Shown: positions 30,522-42,381, counted from the first letter of the stretch. The stretch is DNA of 64,000 nucleotides from Devosia sp. (GCF_017307495.1 NZ_JAFKHE010000017.1:37087-101086); one strand, 5' to 3'. Program-made: numbers and translations. The notes: generated by a model from the letters alone, not told the origin.

Positions 30522-32815
30522 TTCTTAACGCCTCCAAGCGGATGAAAGAATCGCCCCCCGGCGACCAGCAGAGCCGGCAGGATGAACACATCGCCGATCA
30601 GTGCAAAGCCGAGAGTTATCACAAACAGGGTGCCAAACAAGGCGACTTGCGGCAGTTCGGAGAACATGACGATCGCCGTTCCCGAGCAGAGGATCAGCGT
30701 CGCCGCGATGATGGCGCCACCGATCCGCTCCATCGTGTGGTGGATGGCGTCGAGGTGGTTGCGCCCTTCTTCGCGGCGGGCGTGCAGGTAGTGCGAGAGG
30801 AAGTGCGTGGTGTCGTCGACGGCGATACCGAAGGCGATGGTGAGCGACAGCACGGTGGTGAGCTGCAGGCCGGCACCGGACCACCACAGCCAGGCCTCGG
30901 TGCCCAGGATCGGGAACAGGTTCGGGATGGCCGTCGCCACGGCGACGCGCAGGGAGCGGAAGGCCCAGCCGATCAGGAACAGGTTGACGATCACCGAGAT
31001 GGTGAGGTCGAGCTGCAGGCCGCGCACGATGTTGTCGGTGGCATAGGTGGTCATGACGCGGAAGCCGCCGACCTCGATGCCGTCGATGCCGGCCGCCTTG
31101 ACGTCGGCCTCGATGCCCTCCTTGAGCCGGACCAGCTCCTCGGAATCGATGATGGTCGGCATGAAGCCGGTGACCAGCGCGCGGCTGCCGTCGTCGGTGA
31201 CGAAGCGGCGCTTCAGGTCGCCCACGGCGTTGAAGATCTGCTCGCGGGTGAAGCCGCTGTCGGCGTAGTGGGTGAAGGCGGCAGCCGAGATGACCTTGTT
31301 CTTGCCCAGGTACTTCTCGACGATCTCGTGGACCTTTTTGACCTTCTCGAAGTCCTTGTCGCCCACGTCGGCGATGCCCTCGTCGAGCGGCACGTTGACA
31401 TAGAGCGGGGCGACGCCGCCGACGCCCTGGTCGATCTGCTCGGCGGCCGTCAGGGCGGTCGAGCCCTTGGCCATGAAGTCCTCGAACGAGAAGTGCGGCT
31501 GGATCAGGCCGTAGGGGATGAGCAGCAGGCCGGTGGTGACAATGGCAAGGACGGCCAGAGGGCGGCCGAAGCGCTTGGCCACCCACCAGGCGACCGGGAT
31601 CGGCGCGGTGATGGCGAAGCTCGGCTTGGGCGCCTTGAAGCCCAGGCGCACGGCGAGCTTGAGCAGCAGCGGCAGGAACGTCATCAGGCAGATGAAATTC
31701 GTCAGCGAGGCGATGGTGCCGGCGTAGGAGAATTCCTGGATGCCCTGGCCGGCGGTCAGCGACAGCGAGGCGAAGGAGATGAGCGTGGTCAGCATGGTCA
31801 GCGCGCTGGCCGGACCGACGACGCGCACCGTCTCGTCCACGGCCTTGTACGGATCCATGCCCTCGCGCCAGTAGGCGAGCCAGTTGAAGATGAAGAACAG
31901 GCTCTCGGCGAAGGCGATCACCAGGATGATCGTGGTGACGATGATGGTGAGGAACGAGAACGAGCCGAACAGCGCGATGATCGTGCCCATCACCCACATC
32001 ACGGCGACGAAGGGCGTGGCGGCGACGAGGATGGCGCCCCAGAACGAGCGCAGCGAGAACAGCGCGATGAGCGCGCCGAGGGTGAAGCCGTAGATGGTGA
32101 ACTTGATCTGGTCGTCGACCGCGGCGCTGAGCATTTCGCCGGTCCAGATCGGCGGGCCGGTGAGTTCGACCTGCACCTGGTCGGACTGGTAGTCGGCGAC
32201 CAGGGCGCGCAGGTCGGCGATCATCGCCTTGGTGCCCTTGCCCCTGGTCATCTCGGGGTTGGGGAAGACGATGATGACCACCCCGGAGAGGTCCGGGTTG
32301 ATCAGGTTGCGCATCATCGGGTCGGTCTGCTGCAGGTTGGTCAGCGCAGCGCGGACTTCCTCGGGCGTCTGCATGCCTTCGGGCACGGCGGGCAGGGTGG
32401 TGCCATCGGCGGTCGGCACGCGCAGCGTGAAGGCCGACATGGTGCCGCTGATATATTCGCTGTTGGACAGATCGAGCGCCATCTCGCGGATGGTCTCGAT
32501 GGTCTGGGGGTTGGCCAGGTCGGGAGAACGGACCAGCAGGTAGATGTCGTTCTCGAAGGTCCCGAAGGTGTCGGCGAGGCGGTCGTAGGCGTCGTATTCC
32601 TCGCCCGAGTGGGCAAACACGCGCAGCAGGTCGCCGTCGACGCTGGCGCGCGGAATCTGCACCGCGCAGAAGACCGACATGACCATGACGAAAATGCCGA
32701 CCACGAGCGGCCAGCGCAGCGTCAGGTGCCCGAGATATTCGAGGCCGAAACCGATCGACCGGTCATGCCCGAAGAGCCAGTTCCAGATGCGGCCCGGCAG
32801 TGAATCCTTATTCAA
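30518..32815 (-). CDS. MMPL/RND family transporter
   Basis: Two repeats of a large loop plus 5-6 TM helices; VELTGPP, AFGIAVDDTTHF. Confidence 0.9.
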   Translation of the reverse strand: MNKDSLPGRIWNWLFGHDRSIGFGLEYLGHLTLRWPLVVGIFVMVMSVFCAVQIPRASVDGDLLRVFAHSGEEYDAYDRLADTFGTFENDIYLLVRSPDLANPQTIETIREMALDLSNSEYISGTMSAFTLRVPTADGTTLPAVPEGMQTPEEVRAALTNLQQTDPMMRNLINPDLSGVVIIVFPNPEMTRGKGTKAMIADLRALVADYQSDQVQVELTGPPIWTGEMLSAAVDDQIKFTIYGFTLGALIALFSLRSFWGAILVAATPFVAVMWVMGTIIALFGSFSFLTIIVTTIILVIAFAESLFFIFNWLAYWREGMDPYKAVDETVRVVGPASALTMLTTLISFASLSLTAGQGIQEFSYAGTIASLTNFICLMTFLPLLLKLAVRLGFKAPKPSFAITAPIPVAWWVAKRFGRPLAVLAIVTTGLLLIPYGLIQPHFSFEDFMAKGSTALTAAEQIDQGVGGVAPLYVNVPLDEGIADVGDKDFEKVKKVHEIVEKYLGKNKVISAAAFTHYADSGFTREQIFNAVGDLKRRFVTDDGSRALVTGFMPTIIDSEELVRLKEGIEADVKAAGIDGIEVGGFRVMTTYATDNIVRGLQLDLTISVIVNLFLIGWAFRSLRVAVATAIPNLFPILGTEAWLWWSGAGLQLTTVLSLTIAFGIAVDDTTHFLSHYLHARREEGRNHLDAIHHTMERIGGAIIAATLILCSGTAIVMFSELPQVALFGTLFVITLGFALIGDVFILPALLVAGGRFFHPLGGVKK

Positions 32816-33098
32816 AAGAATCTTCCCCTAGACGGCGACCCCCGCGTCAGGCGCGGATTACTACGGTCTGCCGGTGCACGCGTCCAGCCGTTTGATCTTC
32901 GGGATTCGGCCTGAATCTCGCCCATCCTGCCGGATTCTGGCGCAAAGTTGCCGCAAACCCACGGCAGGGTGGCATGAGGCGACGTGCAGCGCCCCGATGG
33001 CGGTGGACATCCGGCCCGGATACGCCAGTGTCCGTTGGTTTCCGCCGCGGGAATCGCCTAAAGCTTCGCTTTGGTTTCCCTAGTTCGAAAACGGCTCC

Positions 33099-35858
33099 GT
33101 GGCAGACAATAACCAAGACGAGACCGGCGCTCCCGCGCCGTCCGACATCGCCCCGATTTCGCTGACCGACGAGATGCGCAAGTCCTATCTCGATTACGCT
33201 ATGAGCGTGATCGTGAGCCGGGCCCTGCCGGACGTGCGCGACGGGCTGAAACCGGTGCACCGGCGCATCCTGCATTCGATGAACGAGCAGGGTTATTCGT
33301 GGAACCGCCCGTATCGCAAGTCGGCCCGCGTGGTCGGCGACGTGATCGGTAAATACCACCCGCACTCCAACGACGCGGTGTACTTCTCGCTGGTCCGCAT
33401 GGCGCAGGAATTCTCGCTGCGCGTCACGCTGATCGACGGCCAGGGCAATTTCGGCTCGGTCGATGGCGATATGCCGGCGGCCATGCGCTACACCGAAGTG
33501 CGCATGGAGAAGGTGACCGAGAGCCTGCTCGAGGACATCGACAAGGACACGGTCGACTTCAAGGACAACTACGACGCTTCCGAGAGGGAGCCGACAGTGT
33601 TGCCGGCTCGCTTCCCGAACCTGCTGGTCAACGGCGGGCAGGGCATCGCCGTGGGCATGGCGACCAATATCCCGACCCACAACCTGGGCGAGGTGATCGA
33701 CGCGCTGCTGATGCTGATGGACAACCCCGGCGCGATTACCGAAGACCTGATGACCGTGCTGCCCGGGCCGGATTTCCCGACCGCCGCCATCATTCTCGGC
33801 CGCTCGGGCATCCGCCAGGCCTACGAGACCGGTCGCGGCAGCATCCTGATCCGCGGGCGCTCGCACACCGAGGAGATGCGCGGCAGCCGCGAGGCCATCA
33901 TCATCACCGAGATCCCGTACCAGGTGAACAAGGCGGTGATGATCGAGAAGATCGCCGAGCTGGTGCGCGACAAGCGGATCGAGGGCATTTCCGACGTTCG
34001 CGACGAATCCGACCGCCATGGCATGCGCGTGGTGATCGAACTCAGGCGCGACGCCGTGCCGGAGGTGGTGCTGAACCAGCTCTACCGCTTCACGCCGCTG
34101 CAGAGCTCGTTCGGCTGCAACTTCGTGGCGCTCAACGGCGGCAAGCCGGAGCTGATGAGCCTCAAGACGATGCTCACCGCGTTCATCGACTTCCGCGAAG
34201 TCGTGGTGACGCGCCGGACCCGCTTCCTGCTCAACAAGGCGCGCGACCGCGCCCATATCCTCGTCGGCCTCGCGGTGGCGGTGGCCAACGTCGACGAAGT
34301 GATCCGCCTGATCCGCACCTCGCCCGATCCGACCACGGCGCGCGAACGGCTGATGGAACGGGACTGGCCGGCGCGCGACGTGGCGCCGCTGATCGCGCTG
34401 ATCGACGACCCGCGCCACCGGATGAACGAGGACGGCACGTTCAAGCTGAGCGACGAGCAGGCGCGCGCCATCCTGGCGCTGACGTTGAGCCGGCTCACCG
34501 CACTGGGCGTCACCGAGATCGGCGAGGAGCTCAACGGGCTGGGCGCCGACATCTCCGAATATCTCGACATCCTGCGCTCGCGGGAGCGGGTGATGCAGAT
34601 CGTCCGCGACGAACTGACTGCGATCAAGGACCAGTTCAACACGCCGCGCCTGACCACCATCGACGAGGCGGCGGGCGACTTCGAGGACGAGGACCTGATC
34701 GCGCGCGAAGACATGGTGGTGACCGTCACGCATGGCGGCTACATCAAGCGCGTGCCGCTCTCGGCCTACCGGGCGCAGCGGCGCGGCGGCAAGGGCCGCT
34801 CGGGCATGGCGACGCGCGACGAGGATTTCGTCTCGCGGCTGTTCGTGGCCAATACGCACACGCCGGTGCTGTTCTTCTCGTCGGCCGGGCAGGTCTACAA
34901 GATGAAGGTCTGGCGCCTGCCGATCGGCGAGCCGCAGGCGCGCGGCCGGGCGTTGATCAACATGCTGCCGCTCGAGGCCGACGAGCGCATCACCTCGATC
35001 ATGCCGCTGCCCGAGGACGAGGGCAGCTGGCAGCAGCTCGACGTGATGTTCTCGACCATCCGCGGCACGGTGCGGCGCAACTCGCTGGCCGATTTCGTCG
35101 AGATCAACAAGAACGGCAAGATCGCCATGAAGCTGGACGAGGGGGACGGCATCGTCGATGTCGCCACCTGCACGGCCAATGACGACGTGCTGCTGACCAC
35201 GGCGCTGGGGCAGGCGATCCGCTTCCAGGTCGACGAGGTGCGCGTGTTCAAGGGCCGCGACTCGACCGGCGTGCGCGGCATCAGCCTCGCCGAGGGCGAC
35301 CGCGTCATCTCGATGGCGATCATCCACCACTTCGACGCGGACTCGGCGGAACGTGCGGCCTACCTCAAGATGAGCCGGGCGGTGCGCGGCGAAGGTGAAG
35401 CCGAGGACGTGTCCGAGGACGCCGAGGATGCGGTGCCGGCCGGCGAGCTCAGCCAGGAGCGCTATGCCGCGATGTCGGCGGCCGAGCAGTTCATCCTGAC
35501 GATCTCGGAAAACGGCTACGGCAAGCGCACGTCCAGCCACGAGTACCGGATTACCGGGCGCGGCGGCAAAGGCATCGTCGCCATGGCGGTGAACAAGCGC
35601 AACGGCCCGCTGGTCGGCTCCTTCCCGGTGGAGGACGGCGACCAGATCATGCTGGTGACCAATGGCGGCCAGGTGATCCGCGTGCCGGTCGATGCCGGCT
35701 CCGACAACCGCATCCGCATCGTCGGCCGCTCGTCGCAGGGCGTCACGGTGTTCAACACCGCCGAGGACGAGAAGGTGGTGTCGGTGGAACGGATCTCCGA
35801 GCCGGAAGGCGAGGACGAAGACGGCGCGGACGAGCCCGAGGTGACGCCGGAGGCGTGA
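33099..35858 (+). CDS. gyrA: DNA gyrase subunit A (atypical QRDR)
   Basis: [28 protein letters not shown], catalytic AAMRYTE, GyrA box QRRGGKG, pinwheel C-terminal domain. Confidence 0.97.
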   Translation: MADNNQDETGAPAPSDIAPISLTDEMRKSYLDYAMSVIVSRALPDVRDGLKPVHRRILHSMNEQGYSWNRPYRKSARVVGDVIGKYHPHSNDAVYFSLVRMAQEFSLRVTLIDGQGNFGSVDGDMPAAMRYTEVRMEKVTESLLEDIDKDTVDFKDNYDASEREPTVLPARFPNLLVNGGQGIAVGMATNIPTHNLGEVIDALLMLMDNPGAITEDLMTVLPGPDFPTAAIILGRSGIRQAYETGRGSILIRGRSHTEEMRGSREAIIITEIPYQVNKAVMIEKIAELVRDKRIEGISDVRDESDRHGMRVVIELRRDAVPEVVLNQLYRFTPLQSSFGCNFVALNGGKPELMSLKTMLTAFIDFREVVVTRRTRFLLNKARDRAHILVGLAVAVANVDEVIRLIRTSPDPTTARERLMERDWPARDVAPLIALIDDPRHRMNEDGTFKLSDEQARAILALTLSRLTALGVTEIGEELNGLGADISEYLDILRSRERVMQIVRDELTAIKDQFNTPRLTTIDEAAGDFEDEDLIAREDMVVTVTHGGYIKRVPLSAYRAQRRGGKGRSGMATRDEDFVSRLFVANTHTPVLFFSSAGQVYKMKVWRLPIGEPQARGRALINMLPLEADERITSIMPLPEDEGSWQQLDVMFSTIRGTVRRNSLADFVEINKNGKIAMKLDEGDGIVDVATCTANDDVLLTTALGQAIRFQVDEVRVFKGRDSTGVRGISLAEGDRVISMAIIHHFDADSAERAAYLKMSRAVRGEGEAEDVSEDAEDAVPAGELSQERYAAMSAAEQFILTISENGYGKRTSSHEYRITGRGGKGIVAMAVNKRNGPLVGSFPVEDGDQIMLVTNGGQVIRVPVDAGSDNRIRIVGRSSQGVTVFNTAEDEKVVSVERISEPEGEDEDGADEPEVTPEA

Positions 35859-35883
35859 TCGTCGTCGTTTGTGGCCGATTTCG

Positions 35884-35918
35884 ACGAGGCGCCGTGACCT
35901 CCACGGTGCCTCGTTTTG
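35884..35918 (+). terminator. gyrA terminator
   Basis: ACGAGGCGCCGTG-ACCTC-CACGGTGCCTCGT followed by TTT. Confidence 0.8.
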
Positions 35919-36062
35919 CTTTGTGCCGGCGTAACGGGAGCGGGTGATCGGCTGCGCCCATGGCCGGCATTGCGGGGCGCCGCCAGGGGCTTGATCTGGG
36001 TCAAGGACGTGCCGGCGCGGATGCGGTTCGTTCCGCCTCGAACCACCGAAGGAGTCGAGGCG

Positions 36063-36434
36063 ATGGCCGCCATGTCACACATCACCCTGGAACTGGCGCG
36101 TGAGCCGGGGCATCCGCATGGCGACCGCGGCCATGGCTATCACCTGTACCTGCCGCTGACCGCCGACGGCCGCGTCGATGGCGACGCCTGGCATCGCTTC
36201 CAGCATGCCTGCCGCGTGCGCCGCTTCCGGCCCGGCGAAGAGGAGAAGCATGGCCGCATCCTGCGCGGGCCGGGCGGGCAGTGGCGCTTCGACTACGACG
36301 AGCGGACCGATGCCGATGACGAGCACGGCTTCCGGCTGCGCGAGGAGACGTTCCTGCCCGGCGAGTACCTGTCGATCCGCGAGGACGACGGCAGGCTGCA
36401 TACGTTCCAGATCATCGCGATCCGGCCGGAATAG
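36063..36434 (+). CDS. Hypothetical protein
   Basis: Coherent His/acidic-rich ORF (ITLELAREPGHPHGD...LPGEYLSIREDDG); starts at 36063 or 36072. Confidence 0.75.
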   Translation: MAAMSHITLELAREPGHPHGDRGHGYHLYLPLTADGRVDGDAWHRFQHACRVRRFRPGEEEKHGRILRGPGGQWRFDYDERTDADDEHGFRLREETFLPGEYLSIREDDGRLHTFQIIAIRPE

Positions 36435-36441
36435 GGCTGCC

Positions 36442-38064
<1,623 letters not shown>

Positions 38065-38200
38065 GGGCGGTCGGGGTCCCGGAGACAGTGGAGCGGGACA
38101 CCTACAGAAGATCGGCGCGCAGCGGAAGCCATCGCGATCGATGCAATCCAGCCCCGCTCACGGGATTGGCAAGCCGCCCGTTCCCTGCAATAGGGACGCC

Positions 38201-38503
38201 ATGACGAACTCCGATGACGACTACGTGTACGACGAAGCGACCGGCGAATGGCGCCCGGCTTCAGAGGTTGCAGGCGCGCCGACCCAGGCGATCGAGGTGC
38301 GCGACGCCTCCGGGACCCTCCTGGCCGATGGCGACTCCGTGGTGCTTATCAAGGACCTGAAGGTCAAGGGGGCCGGCCAGACCCTGAAGCAGGGCACGGT
38401 CATCAAGTCGATCCGGCTGACAGACAACCCCGACGAGATCGATTGCCGGCACGACGCGATCAAGGGCCTCGTCCTGCGCACCGAGTTCGTGCGAAGGCGC
38501 TAG
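38201..38503 (+). CDS. PhnA/YjdM-like protein without a zinc ribbon
   Basis: VRDASGTLLADGDSVVLIKDLKVKG..LKQGT..LVLRTEFV. Confidence 0.88.
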   Translation: MTNSDDDYVYDEATGEWRPASEVAGAPTQAIEVRDASGTLLADGDSVVLIKDLKVKGAGQTLKQGTVIKSIRLTDNPDEIDCRHDAIKGLVLRTEFVRRR

Positions 38504-38574
38504 GCGAGGGGGCGGGCTGGCGGGGGACCTACTTGGGCTGGTTGCCCGTGGCACGGACTGCTGCGCGAGCATGA

Positions 38575-39099
38575 CTAACCTTTCTGCAATGCGCGTTGGA
38601 GGAGCGCGGTTGAATAGAACTCGTACGAGGCCGCCTTATCCGGGAAATCGATCAGATGGACTGTGAAGCGGCAGGGAACTCCATTTTCGGGAAGGTTATC
38701 GGCAAAGAAGGATGAGTATGCCTCGGCATAGGCTTGCCGAAGGCGATCCTGCTCAGCGGCATATCCGGCGGGGTCGGCGAGGATGTTCGGGGTCTTCGGT
38801 TGGGCACCGAACGCGTGCATCTCGATGAAGTCGATTTCCCGCAAGGACGAGCAGATTCCCGCCTCGACCAGCCACTTCTCCCAGCACCTGAAGACCAGAG
38901 CGACTTCCTGATGCGGATCCATCGACACGAGTTTGTCGAGTCCCAGGACGCCCTTTGCCGAGTAGCCACCCGTCAGGCCAGCGAAATGAATCTTGAGGTC
39001 GCCATCCGCCTGTTCCTCGGTGACCAGCGCCGAGAGAACAGGTCGATCGCCTTCGTAGTAATAGGTGAGTTTGCCGCGCTTCCTGACATTGAATGCCAT
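38575..39099 (-). CDS. Hypothetical protein, possibly a divergent RidA/YjgF fold
   Basis: IHFAGLTG and AYSSFF..PCRFTV..P..SYEFYSTA resemble RidA motifs; 16-bp gap after the SelA-like gene. Confidence 0.55.
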   Translation of the reverse strand: MAFNVRKRGKLTYYYEGDRPVLSALVTEEQADGDLKIHFAGLTGGYSAKGVLGLDKLVSMDPHQEVALVFRCWEKWLVEAGICSSLREIDFIEMHAFGAQPKTPNILADPAGYAAEQDRLRQAYAEAYSSFFADNLPENGVPCRFTVHLIDFPDKAASYEFYSTALLQRALQKG

Positions 39100-39114
39100 C
39101 GATAATTTCCTGGA

Positions 39115-40221
39115 TTAGCTTGTCAGAACCTGTCGCAGCCGGGCGGCAACGACATCGGCCTCGTCGCGCGTCAGCGTCTGCGGATTCAATGCGATGGCGT
39201 TGGGGTCATCGGCCATTGCACCAACCTCAATCCACACATCGCCGTTCTTGAGCGCGTCAACGACCTGGTCGCGCGTCTTCCTGAATCCGGCATTGAGACG
39301 GACGATTGCGCGGGCGTGCGGTTGGCCAGCTTCACTTGGGAAGCCGCGTTCCGGTGTCACTCCAGCTATGTTGCCGAGGCCTTCGATCCAGCTCTGGACG
39401 ATCGTTTCGTAACCTTCGAGGATCGCGGCTTCGTCCTGATCCAGTGTGTACTGCACGGCGGCGAGCATCCCGGCGAGTTCTTCCTTTCCGACTTTCAACG
39501 GTCGACCGATGCCCTGCGTTGGCGGTGAAAGTCGGCGGCAACCTGCGATCAGTTCCCTGGCCCCAAGGACCAGACCGGCAGATTGCGGCCCGCGGATACC
39601 TTTGCCGCCGCTGAAGAGGACACCCTCGCAACCGAGGACCTTTGTGTAGTGCCACAGGTTCGAAACCGGCGGAATCTGGGCAGCGGCATCAACCAGAACC
39701 GGGACGTTGTGCCTCTTGGCGATCGCGATGACATCCTCGATCGGCGGAGATTTCACTGCCAGCGCACCAGCAAACCAGACCAGGCATGCGGTATGCCCGG
39801 TTATGGCCGCCTCGAACGATTTGAGGGTGTCGTCGCACTCGACGATTGAGGCGCCGGTCTGGAGAATCGCGAAGTCGTAGCCGTTACGCTGCGAAGCGAA
39901 GACGATGGCTTCGTTCCTGGTGATGCCCTTGAGCATTGGATACGCCATCGGATCAGGTTCGTTCGGCGCTGCCATGAGAGTTGCGACCGCGAGCACGATC
40001 CCACCTGCTGCACCCGAGGAAACGAATGCCGCCTCATTCCGGGTGAGTTCGGCAATTCGGTCGCCGACCCGCGTTTGAAAGAGTGGCAGATCGATAAACG
40101 AGCCAGCCGCCGCATTCATCGCCTCGAGGACTTCCCCGGGCATGCGCGACCCACCAAGTTTGGTGAGTGTTGCTGACGCGTTGATGATCGGCTTGATGCC
40201 GAGGTCTTCGTAGATGCCCAC
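39115..40221 (-). CDS. SelA-like PLP-dependent enzyme (DgaE-like ammonia-lyase family)
   Basis: IINASATLTKLGGS, VLVDAAAQ, FSGGKGIRGPQSAG (PLP Lys), IGRPLKVGKEE. Confidence 0.85.
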   Translation of the reverse strand: MGIYEDLGIKPIINASATLTKLGGSRMPGEVLEAMNAAAGSFIDLPLFQTRVGDRIAELTRNEAAFVSSGAAGGIVLAVATLMAAPNEPDPMAYPMLKGITRNEAIVFASQRNGYDFAILQTGASIVECDDTLKSFEAAITGHTACLVWFAGALAVKSPPIEDVIAIAKRHNVPVLVDAAAQIPPVSNLWHYTKVLGCEGVLFSGGKGIRGPQSAGLVLGARELIAGCRRLSPPTQGIGRPLKVGKEELAGMLAAVQYTLDQDEAAILEGYETIVQSWIEGLGNIAGVTPERGFPSEAGQPHARAIVRLNAGFRKTRDQVVDALKNGDVWIEVGAMADDPNAIALNPQTLTRDEADVVAARLRQVLTS

Positions 40222-40697
40222 CCGCAGAACCCCCCTCGCGAAACTGGCGAATCCATTCGTTGGGCGTCAGCCTACCCATTCCGGACGGCTGCTGCATTCA
40301 CGGATTCTGGTCATGTGCTTGAACACAAAGGCGATTGTAACCAGTTGATCTGGCTGCGCGCGGGGGCGTCTCATGAAGCCTTGGAGCGATCACGGCACGG
40401 GCATCATGCCCGTAGGCAGCATCCCCTCGACGACATGCTCAATTGTCCAGCGGAAAGCTCAGCGTTCCGGCCGCTTCGGGCCAGAAGTGGACACCAACCT
40501 TCGGCTGACGGAGTCTTCTGCTTTACGACTGAGAGGCCACGGGGTCACAGACCAAGGTCCGCACCCCGCCGATTTTGTCCCTCTCGCGGGAACGCGGCGA
40601 GCCGCAGTCGCATCCAATAGCCAGGACGGAAATGATGAGGCCGATCCAGCGGCCGCAGCATCCGGTTCCTCAACCCGATCCGACCACGGAGAATATC

Positions 40698-41387
40698 ATG
40701 TCGCACTCGCAGATATTCCGTCTGGCCCTGACCCGCCGTCTCGCCCTTGCGGGTGTCGCTGCCGCCCTGGTGGCTACCCCCATGCTCACCGCGACGGCGA
40801 CCTTTGCCCATTCCGGCTCGCACGACGTTGCCCAGACCGTCTGCGGCCCGCAGGGACTCGCACTCAACAACGCGATGCGCGAACTCTGGGCCCAGCATAT
40901 GGAATGGACCTATGCAGCGGTAACGGCCTACGCGACCAATTCCCCCGCCTTCGAGGCCACCGCCGCCCGCCTGATGCAGAACCAGGCTGATATCGGCAAC
41001 GCCATCAAGCCTTTCTATGGTGATGCTGCCGGCGATGCACTGACCAAGCTGCTCGAGCAGCATATCACCGACGCCGTCGAGGTGGTGAAGGCCGCCAAGG
41101 CGGGCGACAAACCTGCCACCGACAAGGCGGTCAGCGCGGCCTACGCCAACGCCCAGGAGATCGCCGATTTCCTCGCCAAGGCAAACGACAACTGGCCGCA
41201 GGCGACCGTCCGCGACATGCTCAAGGGGCACATCGATACGACGCTGGTCTATGCGACCGCGCTGCTGCAGGGCCAGTATGCCGACGGCATCGCCGAATAC
41301 GGCAAGGCTGAAGCACATATGATGATGCTGGCCGATGCGCTGACCAATGGCCTGATCGCCGCCTTCCCCGAGAAGTTCACCGAGTAA
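40698..41387 (+). CDS. Exported alpha-helical protein with repeated His motifs
   Basis: GGAGA RBS, LTRRLAL twin-Arg-like signal with TFA-H cleavage site; LWAQHM, LLEQHI, MLKGHI, AEAHM. Confidence 0.8.
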   Translation: MSHSQIFRLALTRRLALAGVAAALVATPMLTATATFAHSGSHDVAQTVCGPQGLALNNAMRELWAQHMEWTYAAVTAYATNSPAFEATAARLMQNQADIGNAIKPFYGDAAGDALTKLLEQHITDAVEVVKAAKAGDKPATDKAVSAAYANAQEIADFLAKANDNWPQATVRDMLKGHIDTTLVYATALLQGQYADGIAEYGKAEAHMMMLADALTNGLIAAFPEKFTE

Positions 41388-41473
41388 CCCGCAAGACTGG
41401 CGGCCGCTTCGTGCCAGAAGCGGTCGTGCGGGTGGTCTCGTCCTCCTGCCGAATGATAGGCCCCAAAAGGGGA

Positions 41474-41600
41474 AAGGGCGCAGCCGGGGAGACTGCGCCC
41501 TTGGGCGGGTTCTGTTCTGGAACCGGCCGGGGAGCCGACGGCACCGATTGGGGGAATGTGCCGGCGGCTGGGGAAGGTCGGAGCGGCGGGGAGCCGCTCC
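41474..41600 (-). ncRNA. Candidate three-hairpin sRNA with UCCCC loops in the flgH 3' region
   Basis: Stems at 41474-41502, 41533-41569 and 41580-41600, all with C-rich loops on the minus strand. Confidence 0.45.
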
Positions 41601-41620
41601 TGTTGTTTCGTTGGTCCGGA

Positions 41621-42361
41621 TCAGAAGGGCAGGATGGCGTCGGCGATCTGCTGGCCGTAGCGCGGCTGCTGCATCTGGGTGATCTGGCCGCGGCCGCCGT
41701 AGGAGATGCGGGCTTCGGCGATCTTGGTGGAGGCGATGGTGTTCTCGGCGCCGATGTCCTCGGGGCGGACGATGCCGGCGACGATCAGCTCGCGGACCTC
41801 GAAGTTGACGCGCACTTCCGAACGGCCCTCGATGACGAGGTTGCCGTTGGGCAGGACCTGCACGACCACCGCCGCGACCTGGGTCTCGAGGCTTTCCTTG
41901 CGGTTCACCGAGCCCGAGCCGCCGTCGGCGAGGCTGCCGCTGGTCGACAGCTTGCCGCTGGCCTCGACATCGGCGAGCGGGACCTTGCCGCCGAAGATCG
42001 AGCCGAGCACGCCGCCGATGCTGCCCTCGGATTCCGAGGTGCGCGAGCGGTCGGTGGAATTGCTCATCTTGGCGCTGTCGTCGATGGTCACCAGGACGGT
42101 GAGGATGTCGCCGACCTTGTGGGCGCGCTGGTCCTTGAAGAAGCCCTTGGCCTGGGTCGAGAACAGCGAGTTGGGCTGGTAGGAGGCGACGACCGGCTCG
42201 GGCATCGGCATCTGCACAGGGCGATAGCCGGCCTGGGCGGTGGGATCGGCGATGGCGGTGAGCCTGGGCGCCTCGCCGACCGAGGCGAGGTTGTCCATGG
42301 TGGCGCAACCGGCGAGCAGGGCGGTCAGGGCGAGGGCGGCGGCGAGCTTGAGCATGTTCAT
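41621..42361 (-). CDS. flgH: Flagellar L-ring lipoprotein
   Basis: Lipobox LAGC, VGDILTV, VLPNGNLVIEG, ARISYGGRG. Confidence 0.96.
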   Translation of the reverse strand: MNMLKLAAALALTALLAGCATMDNLASVGEAPRLTAIADPTAQAGYRPVQMPMPEPVVASYQPNSLFSTQAKGFFKDQRAHKVGDILTVLVTIDDSAKMSNSTDRSRTSESEGSIGGVLGSIFGGKVPLADVEASGKLSTSGSLADGGSGSVNRKESLETQVAAVVVQVLPNGNLVIEGRSEVRVNFEVRELIVAGIVRPEDIGAENTIASTKIAEARISYGGRGQITQMQQPRYGQQIADAILPF

Positions 42362-42381
42362 GGGAGTTGTCCTTTTCGCCC

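Noticed and set aside
39115-40221. Selenocysteine synthase SelA
   Set aside because: It is short (368 aa), lacks the SelA N-terminal domain and has no selB, selC or selD nearby; it fits the DgaE-like branch
40222-40620. Pseudogene or regulator remnant upstream of the SelA-like gene
   Set aside because: Hand translation gave only short frames with no recognisable motif; left unannotated pending blastx
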